Origin: Octopus bimaculoides | Taxonomy: Eukaryota | NCBI RefSeq assembly: GCF_001194135.2 | Contig: NC_068986.1 | Span: 98,432,402 to 98,476,192, forward strand | Length of the DNA stretch: 43,791 nt | Reading direction: 5' to 3' | Shown here: positions 1 to 13,022 of the stretch, piece by piece | How the letters are laid out: each line of letters opens with the position of its first letter | How positions within the stretch are numbered: the stretch's first letter is position 1 | Notes under the pieces: model-generated | Told to the model about the DNA's origin: nothing | Database searches by the model: none | The model's input: only the letters and a program-made list of their open reading frames with translations | Program-made: the position numbers and the translations under genes

Positions 1-619
1 GTATGCATGCACGCATGAATCTCTCTTGAACACACTTCCTCGACATTACAAGCAATAAATAACAAGAATTACATTTACCCTGCAACAGTTACCCAAATGT
101 TTCAGGTTTCAAAAACTAATATACACCTCAAAGAGCAAAGGTATTACCCATACCTAAATATTACTCGAACATATCTATTCTGCTATTGCATATGGATATT
201 CTAGATCGCATTACGTAAAATAGGGCAAGGTCACATAATTTATGCCTCCGAATTCTATCCTTTCTACCAGTCGTAGAAGTTCATAGGTCCCACTCGAAAA
301 TGTCTAGTCTTTTGTTTCCCACACGCACTCATACACTCCAGCCGATCGTTTATCGATCAGCTGCCATTTTACATAATATATCATCGAGGTCTCGATCTAA
401 CCCCTTCATTTAGTTAATGTTCCTCAGAACGAGATTCTTTTTAAATTGCCACTGTCACATATTCAATCTGAATCAGTCAATATTTCAATATCAGAGCTCT
501 TTGAATGACCGTGAAAGCTAGAGAAAGACAGTCTATACGTCCAGAGAATTCAACACAGACACATACCAACACAGACACTCGAGCACGCAAACACAAATAT
601 TGATGGAGAGGTAGCTAGG

Positions 620-679
<60 letters not shown>

Positions 680-744
680 CAGACGGACGGACGGGCACAC
701 AGACAGACAGACAGACAGACAGACAGATAGACAGAGAGACAGAC

Positions 745-794
<50 letters not shown>

Positions 795-905
795 ACATAC
801 ATGCATGCATACATACATGCATGCATACATACATGCATGCATTTATGCATACATACACACATACGAACTTACATTTATACATACATAAGTACATACATAA
901 GTACA
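620..905. repeat. Compound microsatellite (GATA)n-(GACA)n-(GATA)n-(CATA/CATG)n
   Basis: Directly visible tetranucleotide arrays; these explain ORFs 533-862, 550-924 and 615-842. Confidence 0.97.
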
Positions 906-1125
906 TAGTTCTTAGAAGAAGCATTTTTTTGCTCTATAAATTTATTGGTAACACGCAAAAGCATTTGTTATGGTAGTAGAAACTTGCATTTTGTTCAAAG
1001 TCTGGATCTTGTACTTGAAAAATTAAACTCGTAAAGCGGGTTCTCTTAAAGTGAGGTATTACTGTATGTATGTATGCATGTATGTATATATGTGTACATG
1101 TATGGACACACACACACACACACAT

Positions 1126-1290
1126 GGTCGTGATTGAATAAGTAAGAAGTTTGCTTCACAGCCATGTTATGTGCTCCTGGGTTCGACTCCATCAAGTGAC
1201 ATTTTTACACCTCTTTATAGTAGCCATCTGTAGCCCCGTGACTTGTGCGTGGAAGTTAGGAATTGTATAGAAGACCGTCACATGAACAGT
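1126..1290 (+). mobile_element. Degenerate tRNA-derived SINE head (same family as 39147-39660)
   Basis: gtaagaagtttgcttcacagccatg...ctgggttcgactcc (B-box-like) resembles the head of the 39147 copy; heavily diverged. Confidence 0.55.
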
Positions 1291-1419
1291 ACCCATAGTA
1301 AATAGTGCGGTCTTGTAACACACTTACACTGCACTTGTTCCGCTCAAGAATTAAGAACTAAAGGAATACGCACGCATATACGGGCACATCCATACATCGA
1401 AAATAACTGGAAACTTGTT

Positions 1420-2466
1420 TATTACCATTACTGTTTCTGAAAGATTCATAGGGTTCTCCCATCTGAGATACTTACAACTTCCCAACCCGCATGAAAGTAT
1501 AGTACAGCATTTAATATGTTATCAGATACTCCAGTTTTCTTTAATTCGTTCTATAAGATTACTTGGTTTACATATCGAATATCTGCAAAAACAATTCTCA
1601 GTATCTGATTTCTTCCAGTACATTTTGTGCAGTCTGTCTCAAAGATTATATCATATCGATCGTCTTCCTACAGATCTAAAACCATACAGAAATGTTTTCT
1701 ACTAGATGAATACTCGTTCGCTGCATTATAAGACAAAACAAGATCGTTTTACCGAAAAATGCTGAGTTTCAAATTCTTGCTACCATATTTGTAAACTTTA
1801 GGTGATAAACCATCTGACCAGAATTTTCCGGCAACAGTTATTTTGACCAGTATGAACTTCATTAACATTAAGTTTATATGCAAATTAAGCCATCTGTGGC
1901 ATTTGTGGACTGATGAAAGAACCCTTGTAACTTAATATTCAGAATCATTTCAAAGTGCTTCTTCCGTTCGTTTAAACTGTAATTTTTCTTATTCAGATAT
2001 TTTTGTATAATCATCAGGAGATAAACTACACTTTTGTGGTCCATTTTCTGACTTTCAAAGAGCCTTAATATGTTTCCAGTCAGCTACAAATAAAATTTTT
2101 CAAATCAGCTACAGATTGAATTTCAGCCTAGGGCGATTTTTTCTCCCATGTGTTTAAAGACACTGTATTGATCTATTTAGCTCAAAATAACCTCTTAGCA
2201 TTGATATTATTTTTCTCATATATCCAATACTTCTAAGCAATATACAATTTATCTAAAACAGATCTAACTTTAAATTTGTTCTGTTCCTACTAATCTTGGT
2301 GCTCATTCTGGTCAATCCAAGATTTTTCAAAGGAAACAGAATCTGTTACTTCTTTGAGGCACATGCAAGATATTTCACCATAGTTTGTAGTATTTACTTT
2401 CAACAAAGTTGCATATAATTTATCTTGGATCATTGACATTTTGATGTTGTCATTTACCCCGAAATT
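1420..2466 (-). pseudogene. Possible decayed coding sequence of unknown identity
   Basis: Minus-strand reading after a tttag acceptor-like site is open for about 58 codons (NFGVNDNIKMSMIQDKLYATLLKV...). A second frame over about 2045-1420 has about 7 stops in about 208 codons (...EDDRYDIIFETDCTKCTGRNQILRIVFADIRYVNQ...). No family recognised. Confidence 0.2.
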
Positions 2467-3477
2467 CTAAAAGATATATTTACTGCGCAACAATGAATGA
2501 TCTGATAGGCAACAAACGATCTGGAATGAACATGTGAAAAGAACATTAATTTTATCTCATTTTACAACGATTATTTAATAAACTAAATACCAGTACTTTC
2601 ACCGAAGAAGCATCTAAAGTGTCTTATGGTTATTCGGTCCTGGAACTTCAAGTTCATTACAGAAGATGTACAGAAGCAGTCCACTGCATTTCATATTGCT
2701 TACACTGCTTACCAATAACACAAGGTCTCACAAAACCAATTAACAAAATAGGAAACGAACCTAATGTTAAAGTCAGCACGTGGTATGATCTTGTTGTTAT
2801 GGGATTTTGCATATACCGAGAAGCAAAATACCATACCATTATATGACAGCATCAGAACACAGTAGCTAATTATGTAGACCGAGCTTTCCTCAATTCCATA
2901 TACTGTAAAGTGTTTTAATAAAATAATTTTTACCTTGGACAACTGATGATAGTTGTCCAACTACAATAGCTTATGTTACAATCCAAAATCCATATAACAC
3001 TCATGCATATCAAATACAGAATCTTCTTCTACGCCTTCTACTTGAGCAACAATATATATAGTGTTGCAAACATTGGAAAGGACAACGCAGAAAAGAAAAA
3101 GTTTGGAAGATATGATATTCGGTTAATCTGTCAATGAAAAGAGACAGACAGACAAAGAGAGATACAGGGAAAGAGAGACAGACAGACACACAGAGAGAGT
3201 AGGTTAGAACATTTCGGACTTATGAAAACGGTAAGTCAGAAGCATAGTGTGAGTGAGTAAGAGAAACAGCTAAGGTATCAAAGGTAGAACAGAGAGGAAA
3301 CGAAACAGGAGGCAGGATTTTCTTTTGATACAATGACTTTCAGTTTACTCACACAACTTTTACTTTATTCACACCTTATCAATCACTATTTTATTTTGCT
3401 CGTGTATTAACGGCCGAAATATTAACGACCGAAAAGTTATGAAACACACATTTTATTAAACGTTTAAACTATTATCA

Positions 3478-3509
3478 CATCTATTTATCTATCTATTTAG
3501 CTATCTAGC

Positions 3510-3563
<54 letters not shown>

Positions 3564-3590
3564 TACGTTTGAATATAAGTATGTGTATGT

Positions 3591-3647
<57 letters not shown>

Positions 3648-3660
3648 TACATATGTATAT
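3478..3660. repeat. (TCTA)/(TA)n/(CA)n microsatellite
   Basis: Directly visible. Confidence 0.95.
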
Positions 3661-4066
3661 TCAAACGTACATCAATGCATTTGCGACTATTAGTTTATGG
3701 ACAGAAACAATCCTCGATACTAGCCATTAGTCCAGATGTTGTGTCATTTAATTAGCAGTGATTTAATAAGGTCCTGAGGATTGTAACATATGTTGGAAAT
3801 CGACCACCTACACTGTCCCTACCAACGTAACTTAGGTTAATTAACCGTTCAAGAAGACTGTTAATTAGGTATATTGAAATACACATTACAGATTTTCATT
3901 GTGAAGCTAAATATCACGTCTGGAAAACGAGATATAATAGCACATAATTATAGAAGGTATATGTAAATAGGTTTTGATGTATGCCTGTATACACACGCGC
4001 GCGTATGATATATATATGTATGTATGAACGTATGTATGTATGTATGAATGTATGTATGTATGTATA

Positions 4067-4250
4067 CGAGTAGGCGGCTAAAATAAAAGTTCATAAGCTG
4101 ACCAAGATACTCTCATGTTATTTGGGCAAGTGGAATTTATTTTTCAAAATACTCACCTTTGCGGTCCACACCCATTTTCCATCGGAGTCGCAATGTTTGT
4201 AATTCTTTGCTGAAGCAGTAAGCAACAACAGATATGACATCACCACCATT
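4067..4250 (-). mobile_element. Mariner 3' end fragment (one TIR plus transposase C-terminus)
   Basis: TA-cgag...aaaagttcataagctgacc matches the TIR of the 19455 element. The minus strand reads DVISVV...LQTLRLRWKMGVDRKGEYFEK*, matching the mariner C-terminal RW..CV...G.Y.EK motif. Confidence 0.8.
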
Positions 4251-4882
4251 GTTCTTGTCTACTTTTGTGTCTGTGTTTGATAGCATTCAAGAGCTGTTCA
4301 GTGGGATTGATGGGCGTAATACTGAATAGGAAGTCTCCAGTTGCATTGTAGATATTATTGATGAATTAAGACGCTCCCTATCAACTGTTGTAGATTTTTA
4401 CCGTTGAAAATGTGTAGTATTTATGTGTGTGAACTCAGTGTTATTGAATAATACCGATGTTAATGAACTCTGACGTTTATATGGAATACTGACGTTATAT
4501 AAGGGATACTTGCCAAACATAACTTGGAAAGCTGTTCCTTCCTAATCAAGACTAGTTAGGCTTCTCAGTAGTAATGATCACTGCTACTAGCAGCCCCCAC
4601 CCCACCATCAGCCTGTGAATGCTGAGTTGTTTGAACTAAACTAATCCAACTCCACCGCATAATAACGGAATCAGAACCACACCTATTCACACAATTGGTG
4701 CTAACGTTAAATATCAGGTAAGAGCTGGTCCTTATATCTGGTCCTGTACTACTTTTTCATACGCGTACATCCAAGACTGCATTGGCAGAGTGACATTAAA
4801 TTACTCACACACGGTGAAAATGTAGAAAATATTTAAAATATATTGTTGTTGGTGTTCTTTAAACACATTAGCCGTGATCAAA

Positions 4883-5005
4883 GATATATGACGGGCTTCT
4901 ATCAGTTTCCATCTACCAAATCTACTCAATTTGGTCGGCTTGAGGCTGAACCCCAAAACCATGTGGTTGGGAAGCAGGCTTCTTACCACATAGCCACGCC
5001 TGCGC
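4883..5005 (-). mobile_element. Internally deleted tRNA-SINE head (family of 39147-39660)
   Basis: gacgggcttctatcagtttccatctaccaaatc...cttaccacatagccacgcctgcgc is the reverse complement of the 39147 copy head, lacking the ccttgggcaag segment. Confidence 0.85.
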
Positions 5006-5778
5006 ATAGGAATATTTTTCTGTGAGATTTAGAATATTTATCACTTAAGTATTGAGTGTTTTTATTTTCTAAAAAAAAAGATGGGATTTGGGGGAAATTT
5101 GTCATCCAGTTCAATTCAAGCGATCTCAATAATTCGTAAATAAAACGCATTCTTTGAAACCTGATGGATGATTTGCTGTAGCTGGTGATATCTCGTTGAA
5201 TCATGCTTGCTACTCTCAGTTGATTGATGGCTCTTTCTTACCTGTTACATTCACATATGCTAATTCGCTTCGATACACGTATTATGTTCATTGCACGCAT
5301 TTCTGCCAACTCTGTGAAATGAACAGCGTTTGGTCAACCTTTTCTTGTCAACTCCGAATTGAGGACTATTATGAATTCAATGACTTGTAAAATGGCAAAC
5401 GATAAACAGGAGAAATTGATGCAGCTGCAGTAGCTGCTAACTTATACAGCGATATTGTCATGATCAAAGCTTTTTCAGACGACTGAAGCTAACATTTCAA
5501 CAATCAAAGTGTGAAGCAATGATTTTATCATGGAAAAGCAACCCACCAAACTGCCTATGGAAAAGAAGCTACAGAGTATAGGCGAAAAAATATATATGTT
5601 AAGCTGACTTGTGCAAATTATATCACAATTATTATGATGAACAGACACAGAAATTTCTTAATGTCATGCAATGTAAATTACGGTAAATATTCTGTATATA
5701 TATTTTTATGTTGAATAATTTGGCATCATTCTGCACGTTTGTTGAAATTTCATGAAATATTCCGGCCAAATATTATTC

Positions 5779-6193
5779 ATATATATATATATATATATAN
5801 NNNNNNNNNNNNNNNNNNNNNNNNNNNNNNNNNNNNNNNNNNNNNNNNNNNNNNNNNNNNNNNNNNNNNNNNNNNNNNNNNNNNNNNNNNNNNNNNNNNN
5901 NNNNNNNNNNNNNNNNNNNNNNNNNNNNNNNNNNNNNNNNNNNNNNNNNNNNNNNNNNNNNNNNNNNNNNNNNNNNNNNNNNNNNNNNNNNNNNNNNNNN
6001 NNNNNNNNNNNNNNNNNNNNNNNNNNNNNNNNNNNNNNNNNNNNNNNNNNNNNNNNNNNNNNNNNNNNNNNNNNNNNNNNNNNNNNNNNNNNNNNNNNNN
6101 NNNNNNNNNNNNNNNNNNNNNNNNNNNNNNNNNNNNNNNNNNNNNNNNNNNNNNNNNNNNNNNNNNNNNNNNNNNNNNNNNNNNNNNNNTATG

Positions 6194-6231
<38 letters not shown>

Positions 6232-6370
6232 GATAGATAGATAGATACATACATACATACATACATGCATGCATGCATGCATACATACATACATACATAC
6301 TTACACACATACATACATACATATATACATACGTACGTACGTGTATACATACATACATACACACATACAT
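5779..6370. repeat. (TA)n / N-gap (5800-6189) / (TA)(GATA)(CATA)n
   Basis: Visible microsatellites flanking an assembly gap. Confidence 0.95.
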
Positions 6371-6929
6371 ACTTAAATGAATGGGTGGATTGATGTATGA
6401 GTACGGAATTAAGTACTGTGGTCGATAGAATTCACGGAAATCTCTTAAATGAGACGCGAGAGTTGCTTAGTGTCCATATATTAAATAAAAACTGAATAAG
6501 AATAAAAAAAAACTACATCATATAACACTTTAATGTAAACCGAAACATGTGTTAATAAATACAATAAAACGTTTCTTGTCATCTATGAAACAAAAAAATC
6601 CAAGGCCGAGCTTGAAGCAACGTAAAACACTGTCGAGGTCATTGCTTTTTTTATGGTAATAGGCTAGCATAATTCTTCTCAATGCTCGCGATATATTACA
6701 CCATTGATGTAAACTTAAAGCTATGAAAAAGCAAGTAATTCAGTAAATATAGTGTTTTATGCATCACGATTTGTTGGTATATAGACATGATGGGAGGAAT
6801 ATGTCTGAAAGGATAGAAGGACTTACATAGAGAGCCAACTGTCATTTGCGAGCGAGTATGGATTGCTAAAAACATACCATGCCTTTTCTAACTGTTTCAA
6901 CTACCTGTGTAGTTGCAAACACACGTAGA

Positions 6930-7155
6930 CAGCTGTTCGATCCTGCAACCACTTGAACCAGAGGTATATACAGGATGGGACAAGTGAAGAAGAGACAGGT
7001 GAACCAAAAGTTGGTTGGTACTCATTTTCAGCTGAGTAGACGGCAGCAATATGAATTGAAGTGCCTTAATGAAGGATACATCGCGCTGACCGATTCAGGA
7101 ATTGAGCTCATGACGTTTTGATTATGAGAGGATTAGCCAAACGAGTAGGTTACAT
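6930..7155 (-). mobile_element. Old, degenerate SINE
   Basis: ggtactcattttcagctgagtagac...gaagtgcctt...ggaattgagctcatgac...ttagcca has the layout of an antisense tRNA-derived SINE. Confidence 0.5.
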
Positions 7156-7183
7156 TCTTTTCAGACATATGTGCACACACAAA

Positions 7184-7184
<1 letters not shown>

Positions 7185-7217
<33 letters not shown>

Positions 7218-7234
7218 TACATACCTATACATAA

Positions 7235-7265
<31 letters not shown>

Positions 7266-7760
7266 NNNNNNNNNNNNNNNNNNNNNNNNNNNNNNNNNNN
7301 NNNNNNNNNNNNNNNNNNNNNNNNNNNNNNNNNNNNNNNNNNNNNNNNNNNNNNNNNNNNNNNNNNNNNNNNNNNNNNNNNNNNNNNNNNNNNNNNNNNN
7401 NNNNNNNNNNNNNNNNNNNNNNNNNNNNNNNNNNNNNNNNNNNNNNNNNNNNNNNNNNNNNNNNNNNNNNNNNNNNNNNNNNNNNNNNNNNNNNNNNNNN
7501 NNNNNNNNNNNNNNNNNNNNNNNNNNNNNNNNNNNNNNNNNNNNNNNNNNNNNNNNNNNNNNNNNNNNNNNNNNNNNNNNNNNNNNNNNNNNNNNNNNNN
7601 NNNNNNNNNNNNNNNNNNNNNNNNNNNNNNNNNNNNNNNNNNNNNNNNNNNNNNNNNNNNNNNNNNNNNNNNNNNNNNNNNNNNNNNNNNNNNNNNNNNN
7701 NNNNNNNNNNNNNNNNNNNNNNNNNNNNNNNNNNNNNNNNNNNNNNNNNNNNNNNNNNNN

Positions 7761-7797
<37 letters not shown>

Positions 7798-7960
7798 GAG
7801 AAAGAGAGAGACAGACAGACAGACAGAGACAGAGAGAGACAGAGACAGAGAGACATAGAGAGAGAGAGACAGAGACAGATATACAAACAGACTAGCAGAG
7901 ATACGTATATATTACACACACACAAACACACATACACGCACACACACAGACACACAAATC
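7185..7960. repeat. (TA)n / N-gap (7266-7760) / (TA)(GA)(GACA)(CA) microsatellites
   Basis: Directly visible. Confidence 0.95.
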
Positions 7961-8526
7961 TGAGCCACCCACATAGACGACGATGAGATCAAGAGCCAGT
8001 ACAAATACAGAACGTGATTATACCTGGCACTAGATCTATTTCATTTGTCCACCGCCCTAAACATACTAAGATCAAATCTTTCACATTGGCTTACATACAT
8101 TATAACGGAATTTGTGTATTTGTATGTGTATATCTTTGCTTAAGTAAATGAATGCAAACCTATACGTGAATTTGTTCAGACAGAATCTCTAAGAAAACTT
8201 TTTGCATGGACTGTCCCAGTAGTTCCAAAATCTAGCTTTGCTACACCCTATCGTTCCAATTCTACAAATGTAATTGTAATTACGTTAAGTTCACAATTGT
8301 CTACGGAAGACGCAGCCGTTTACATACAAATACAATGATTACATACTTATCTTTGAACAACTAGAATACTTCTGCAAAACAAATTTAAGTTCATTGACAC
8401 TGTGTGCGCGTTCGTGTGCGTTTGTGCGTGTATGTATTAATATGCACACACAAATATATATATTCACATTTAAACACACAGCCATATATACATACATTTG
8501 AACATACATACATACATTTGAACATA

Positions 8527-10104
8527 TACCCAGACATGACAGAAGTAAATAGACAGGCTTATAATAATTAAAATTTATTTAAATCTGAAATTATACATTC
8601 AAGTTATTTATTAATTGTTATTGAGCTAACTGGATCCTAATCCACCAAGGGAAGGTATGTCGGAAGAAAGTAATTCAACAACGCGGGTTGATGAACCGTA
8701 AGACGTTTGTCCAGAACCTCCTGGAAAATAACCATAGCGAGGGACATTCCACAGTTGAATTAGAACAGTCACAAACAGTGAAAGAAGACATGCACCCAAC
8801 ACCAGAGCTGAAGACACCTCCGAAAGGGGGTGGCCCAGCCACGTCAAAACGGTAGAGGAGTAGGGGCCGAAACCGGACGCGGTTCCTCCTGATGATGTCT
8901 TGAGCTAACTAGATCCTATAAAGGAGCTGTTGTGGTAGCAGACCACGAAACATGGTTGAAATTCCTCCTTCCTAGTCACGCCTTTTACATTGTTTTAAAG
9001 CAAGGACTCTGTTAGGTACTCTATTGATCACATGGCGTATATTCTCTCGAGAAATTTCTTGCCATGTTTCATGCAATAATCCCAAAAGATCTGTCTCTGA
9101 AGATGATTTCTGGTTCCTTATAATAAGTGCGCTGTCAATTATGTCCCAGAGGTATTCAATAGAGTACATATCTGGTGACTGGCTTGAACACGAAAGCTTT
9201 TTAATGCCATTCTCATCCAAAAAATCTTGGTTCATTTTAGCCGTGTGACGAGGAGACCCATCTTTCATAAATAGTCTTCTTTAATCATTTCACCACCGGA
9301 GAAGATTGGAAGGAGTCCTTTCTGCAATATGAACACATATTTATTGGAGATTATGTTTCCCTCACACTCCACCAGCTCTGAGAACCATTGCTCCAAATTT
9401 CTCCCCATCACAGAATAGGTCACGTGTTTCATTGTTGGCTACAAACATTTCACATCAGATTCTTGATCATAGTCTCCAGACCCATACTTGACCACTGTCA
9501 GGAAATACAGCAAATCTGGACTCATTGGAGAATATGACAGTGTCCCAAAATGCTTGTGGCCTCTCCACCATATTACTGGCCCAATATTTTCTCCGCTTGA
9601 TGTTGGCTCGTCGAAGAAGTGGCTTCCTTCTTGCTGCTCTACCAGAGTAATCAAGTTTATGGAGATACCTAACAGCTGTTCTAGGACTGACATTAATTTG
9701 TTCTGCTATATCAGAGGCCTTGCAATGGGGATTGTTTGTCCTCCACACTTCTCTTAGCAAAGAGAAGGGTCCTGTCAGATGGCTCTGGTTGATACCTGCG
9801 AGGTGATGTGGACTCCTTCCCGTCTCTGGTGAATTGCGCAATCACTCTAACTGTAGCAAGCGGGATCTCAAGGTTTTCTGCGATTTTACACTATATCCAC
9901 TTTCAGAATCATCCACAATGCGGCTTCTTTGGAATTCAGACCGATCTAAGGTTTCTTTTGCACATGGCACAATTAAACAGTCACATATAGAACCTGAAAC
10001 ATAAAAATGTCAATTAATAAAAAAAATATAAACCATTACAAATTAGAACACACATCAAACGCTGTTTTTATGATGCGTCTATTTACTTCTGTCATGTTTG
10101 TCTA
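8527..10104 (-). mobile_element. Tc1-family DNA transposon (DD34E), decayed, both TIRs present
   Basis: TIR cagacatgacagaagtaaatagac (8531-8554) matches gtctatttacttctgtcatgtttg (10077-10100) with 1 mismatch. TA dinucleotides lie at both ends, and a transposase remnant lies inside. Confidence 0.93.
8972..9970 (-). pseudogene. Tc1 transposase pseudogene (frameshifts and stops)
   Basis: Motifs read: (M)PCAKE..SEFQRSRIV..; ARRKPLL..NIKRR.YWA; [12 protein letters not shown] (catalytic D to N); PTMKH..SVM; KD.SPRHT; SQSPDMYSIEYLWD (the D..E motif of DD34E). Confidence 0.93.
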
Positions 10105-10249
10105 TAGACATATATGACGTCAACAAAGTAACATATCATTAATCTCTACCATACCTTTCTGTACTCTCTTTTCCCAGAGTTGATTTTAAATGGATGTTTG
10201 TACATACACGCCCATGTACACAGATATATGTGTGAGTGTGTGTGTGTGT

Positions 10250-10500
10250 CAGGGCGCATGGCCAAGAGATTAGTGTGTTGCACTCTCGGTCTTAACATCG
10301 TGGTTTGAATTCCTGAACGGGTGGTACGTTGTGTTTTTGTTTTGCTCCGCGGGCAGTTCGACACCTGAGTTGTGGTACACCATGCACCTACTCGGTCAGT
10401 GTCGATTTGATCTTAGGAGTGGGCTATTGTACAGCGCATACAGTTGATGACTGTAAACAAAACACTTTTGCAGATCGTTCATAAAAAAAACTGAACACTC
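10250..10500 (+). mobile_element. Degenerate tRNA-derived SINE
   Basis: gggcgcatggccaagagattagtgtgttgcactc...ggtttgaattcc carries A/B-box-like motifs followed by a SINE-like body. Confidence 0.6.
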
Positions 10501-10519
10501 ATATGTCGTCTTCGCCGAA

Positions 10520-10542
10520 TGACATGTGTGTGTGTATACACA

Positions 10543-10640
<98 letters not shown>

Positions 10641-10899
10641 CACATACATACATACAAACATACATACATACATACATACATGTATATATTCACACGCATA
10701 TATATTTCATGTATGTATGTATGTGTGCATGTACGTACGTACGTATGTATGTATGTATGCATGTATGTATGTATGAATGTATGTATGTATGTATGTACGT
10801 ATGTATGTATGTATGTATGTATGTATGTATGTATGCATGTATGTATGTATGAATGTATGTATGTATGTACGTACGTATGTATGTATGTATGTATGTATG

Positions 10900-10930
<31 letters not shown>
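10520..10930. repeat. Compound microsatellite (TG)(CA)(TA)(CATA)(TATG)n
   Basis: Directly visible; source of several spurious ORFs. Confidence 0.97.
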
Positions 10931-11306
10931 ACCCGCTCCACCCAAAATGTCACGGGTTTCCGTTTATCTTCCAATATCGGATCGCCCACTTCTTACTTCA
11001 ACTATGAAACAGGTGCTCAAGTACTTTCTAAAATAATTCACTCCTTACTGTTTATACTCTTAAATTCACTTCACCAAAGCTGCACTGCAACCATTGCCCT
11101 CTCAATTCCTGTCCCAATACAAAATATGTGTTCCTTTTCGATCTCCTCTCTTTCTATATTCCTCACATAGCGGACTACTCCCCCATATATTACCTTATTC
11201 TGCCCTATCACAATTTTCACACACACTAATCTCTTTTATTGCATAAAGTCTTCGGCTATAGGTGATCTGATACACCAACATAGATAAACACGAACATAGT
11301 CATATA

Positions 11307-11498
11307 CGCAGGGGTACTGAAAAGTTCCCGGTTTTGGGTAAAAGAAAATACAGGAGCATTAGATAATTATGCATTTACTCAACATAATCCCCTCTCAGAT
11401 TCACATACTTATTGCAGCAGTTTTTCTAAGCCTTACAAAAGAATTCGGATGGCCTTTCGTGGTACCCTTAAAGCCAGGAACTTTTCAGCATCCTCTCG
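11307..11498. mobile_element. Mariner-derived MITE (about 190 bp)
   Basis: Left TA|cgcaggggtactgaaaagttcccggttttgggta and right tacccttaaagccaggaacttttcagcatcctctcg form about 30-bp imperfect TIRs; no coding capacity. Confidence 0.88.
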
Positions 11499-11535
11499 AA
11501 CCTTTTTCCACCTGCCATTTTATCAATGCGATAGA

Positions 11536-11765
11536 CTTATTTCTTTATTGCCTACAAGGGACTAAACATAGAGGGAACAAACAAGGACAGACAAAGGATT
11601 AAGTCGATTACATCGACCCCAGAGCGTAACTGGTACTCATTTAATCGACCCCAAAAGGATGAAAGGCTAAGTCGACCTCGACGGAATTTTGAACTCAGAA
11701 CGTAGCGGCAGACGAAATACCGCTATGCACTTCGCCTGGTGTGCTAACGTTTCTGCCAGCTCGCC
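11536..11765 (-). mobile_element. tRNA-derived SINE (family of 22644-22877)
   Basis: Full-length reverse complement of the 22644 copy, from ggcgagctggcagaaacgttagc through gtcgac..gcctttcatcc..ggggtcg to gaaataag. Confidence 0.93.
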
Positions 11766-12049
11766 GACAGACTTACGCATACACTGGAACTTGGATTCGC
11801 ACATATTTCTCTTTGAGGCTCACAAGCATTCACACAAAACTACGTTCACATACTGGCACATCACACACATCTATTTACTACTTCACAAAGTTTAGATTCG
11901 CTTCACAACTTACACCCACTCCGTCCTGCTCTCACTTCCTCCCACTTCTTGGACTGCATTGTAGTAGATGACTCTTAAGTAGCTACATCCACTCACACTC
12001 ATATGTATTCTTCTTCGGCTGCTTCTATGCTTTTGACTCAGCTCTATTC

Positions 12050-12340
12050 TAAAAGAAAATAAATACGTTTTATGATACTTCATCCGTTGGTCATTTTCTA
12101 TCGTTCCAGTCATCACCTGAGGTCGGTCTTAACTCTTTCGTTTTATGTCTTCTTGGATCTGCGTATGACTTATACCATCACAAACTTTTTGTTTTCTGCC
12201 TAACTTTCCCCATATCAAACTGTGATTCATTTCCGTACACATCTAAACCACCAGATGTTTTTGGAGCAGGCAGACACTCCAAAAATGCCGTTCACATTTT
12301 ACACCGTTTGAAATCACTCCACACTTTCGTACATCTCCTT
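12050..12340 (-). mobile_element. RTE-like LINE ORF2 C-terminal remnant
   Basis: Minus strand gives IWWFRCVRK (similar to LRWFGHV.RM) and RRSKKT*NERVKTDL (similar to GRPKKTW.E.VK.DL). Confidence 0.55.
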
Positions 12341-12750
12341 GATGCTTTCGGTCATGCACACACACACACACACACATACACATACACGTACACAGATGCT
12401 CACACGTACACTTTCACACCTTCGCCCGATAAATTACACACACTCACCTACTTTTTCACCAATCCCAACTTATCCAGGCCACTGGATTCACACAGATCTG
12501 TACGTATATATTCACTCGACCAAACACACCTACAAACACCATTCTTCTTGATAAGAAACACAACACATACACACACAAACACACAAACACACACAAACAC
12601 ACAAACACACGCACATCATTTAATGAACCCCACATGGAACGGAATTTTCCCTGAATAATTGCTATTTCCCTTCTTCCTACGTTTTTCGTTTAATTGTTTC
12701 TATTTTCAAAGTTTTTCACAATCTCCTTCTGTAACACCTTCTCTACCTAT

Positions 12751-12966
12751 TACTCTTTTACTCTTTTACTTGTTTCAGTCTTTTGACTGCGGCCATGCTG
12801 GAGCACCGCCTTTTAGTCGAGCAAATCGACCCCAGGACTTATTCTTTAGAAGCCTAGTACTTATTCTATCGTTCTCTTTTGCCGAACCGCTAAGTTACGG
12901 GGACATAAACACACCAGCATCGGTTGTCAAGCGATGTTGGGGGGACAAACACACACATACAAACAT

Positions 12967-13022
<56 letters not shown>

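Noticed and set aside
100-517. Minus-strand reading containing SAGVYECV (Ig F-strand-like motif) after an acceptor-like site
   Set aside because: About 7 stops in about 130 codons is close to random for this AT content, and a G.Y.C motif is expected several times by chance in six frames.
2935-2960. Perfect 10-bp hairpin ttggacaact/agttgtccaa overlapping ctgatga
   Set aside because: About one such inverted repeat is expected by chance in 44 kb, and there is no GAAA or stem II for a hammerhead.
3200-3245. Minus-strand ctgac...agtccgaaatgttc, hammerhead-like
   Set aside because: Core and stems too degenerate to support.
8145-8340. Plus-strand open frame ending LSSQLSTEDAAVY (Ig-V-like); minus strand has a Cys/Trp-rich reading
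   Set aside because: Lacks the second Ig cysteine and a donor site; the two readings conflict.
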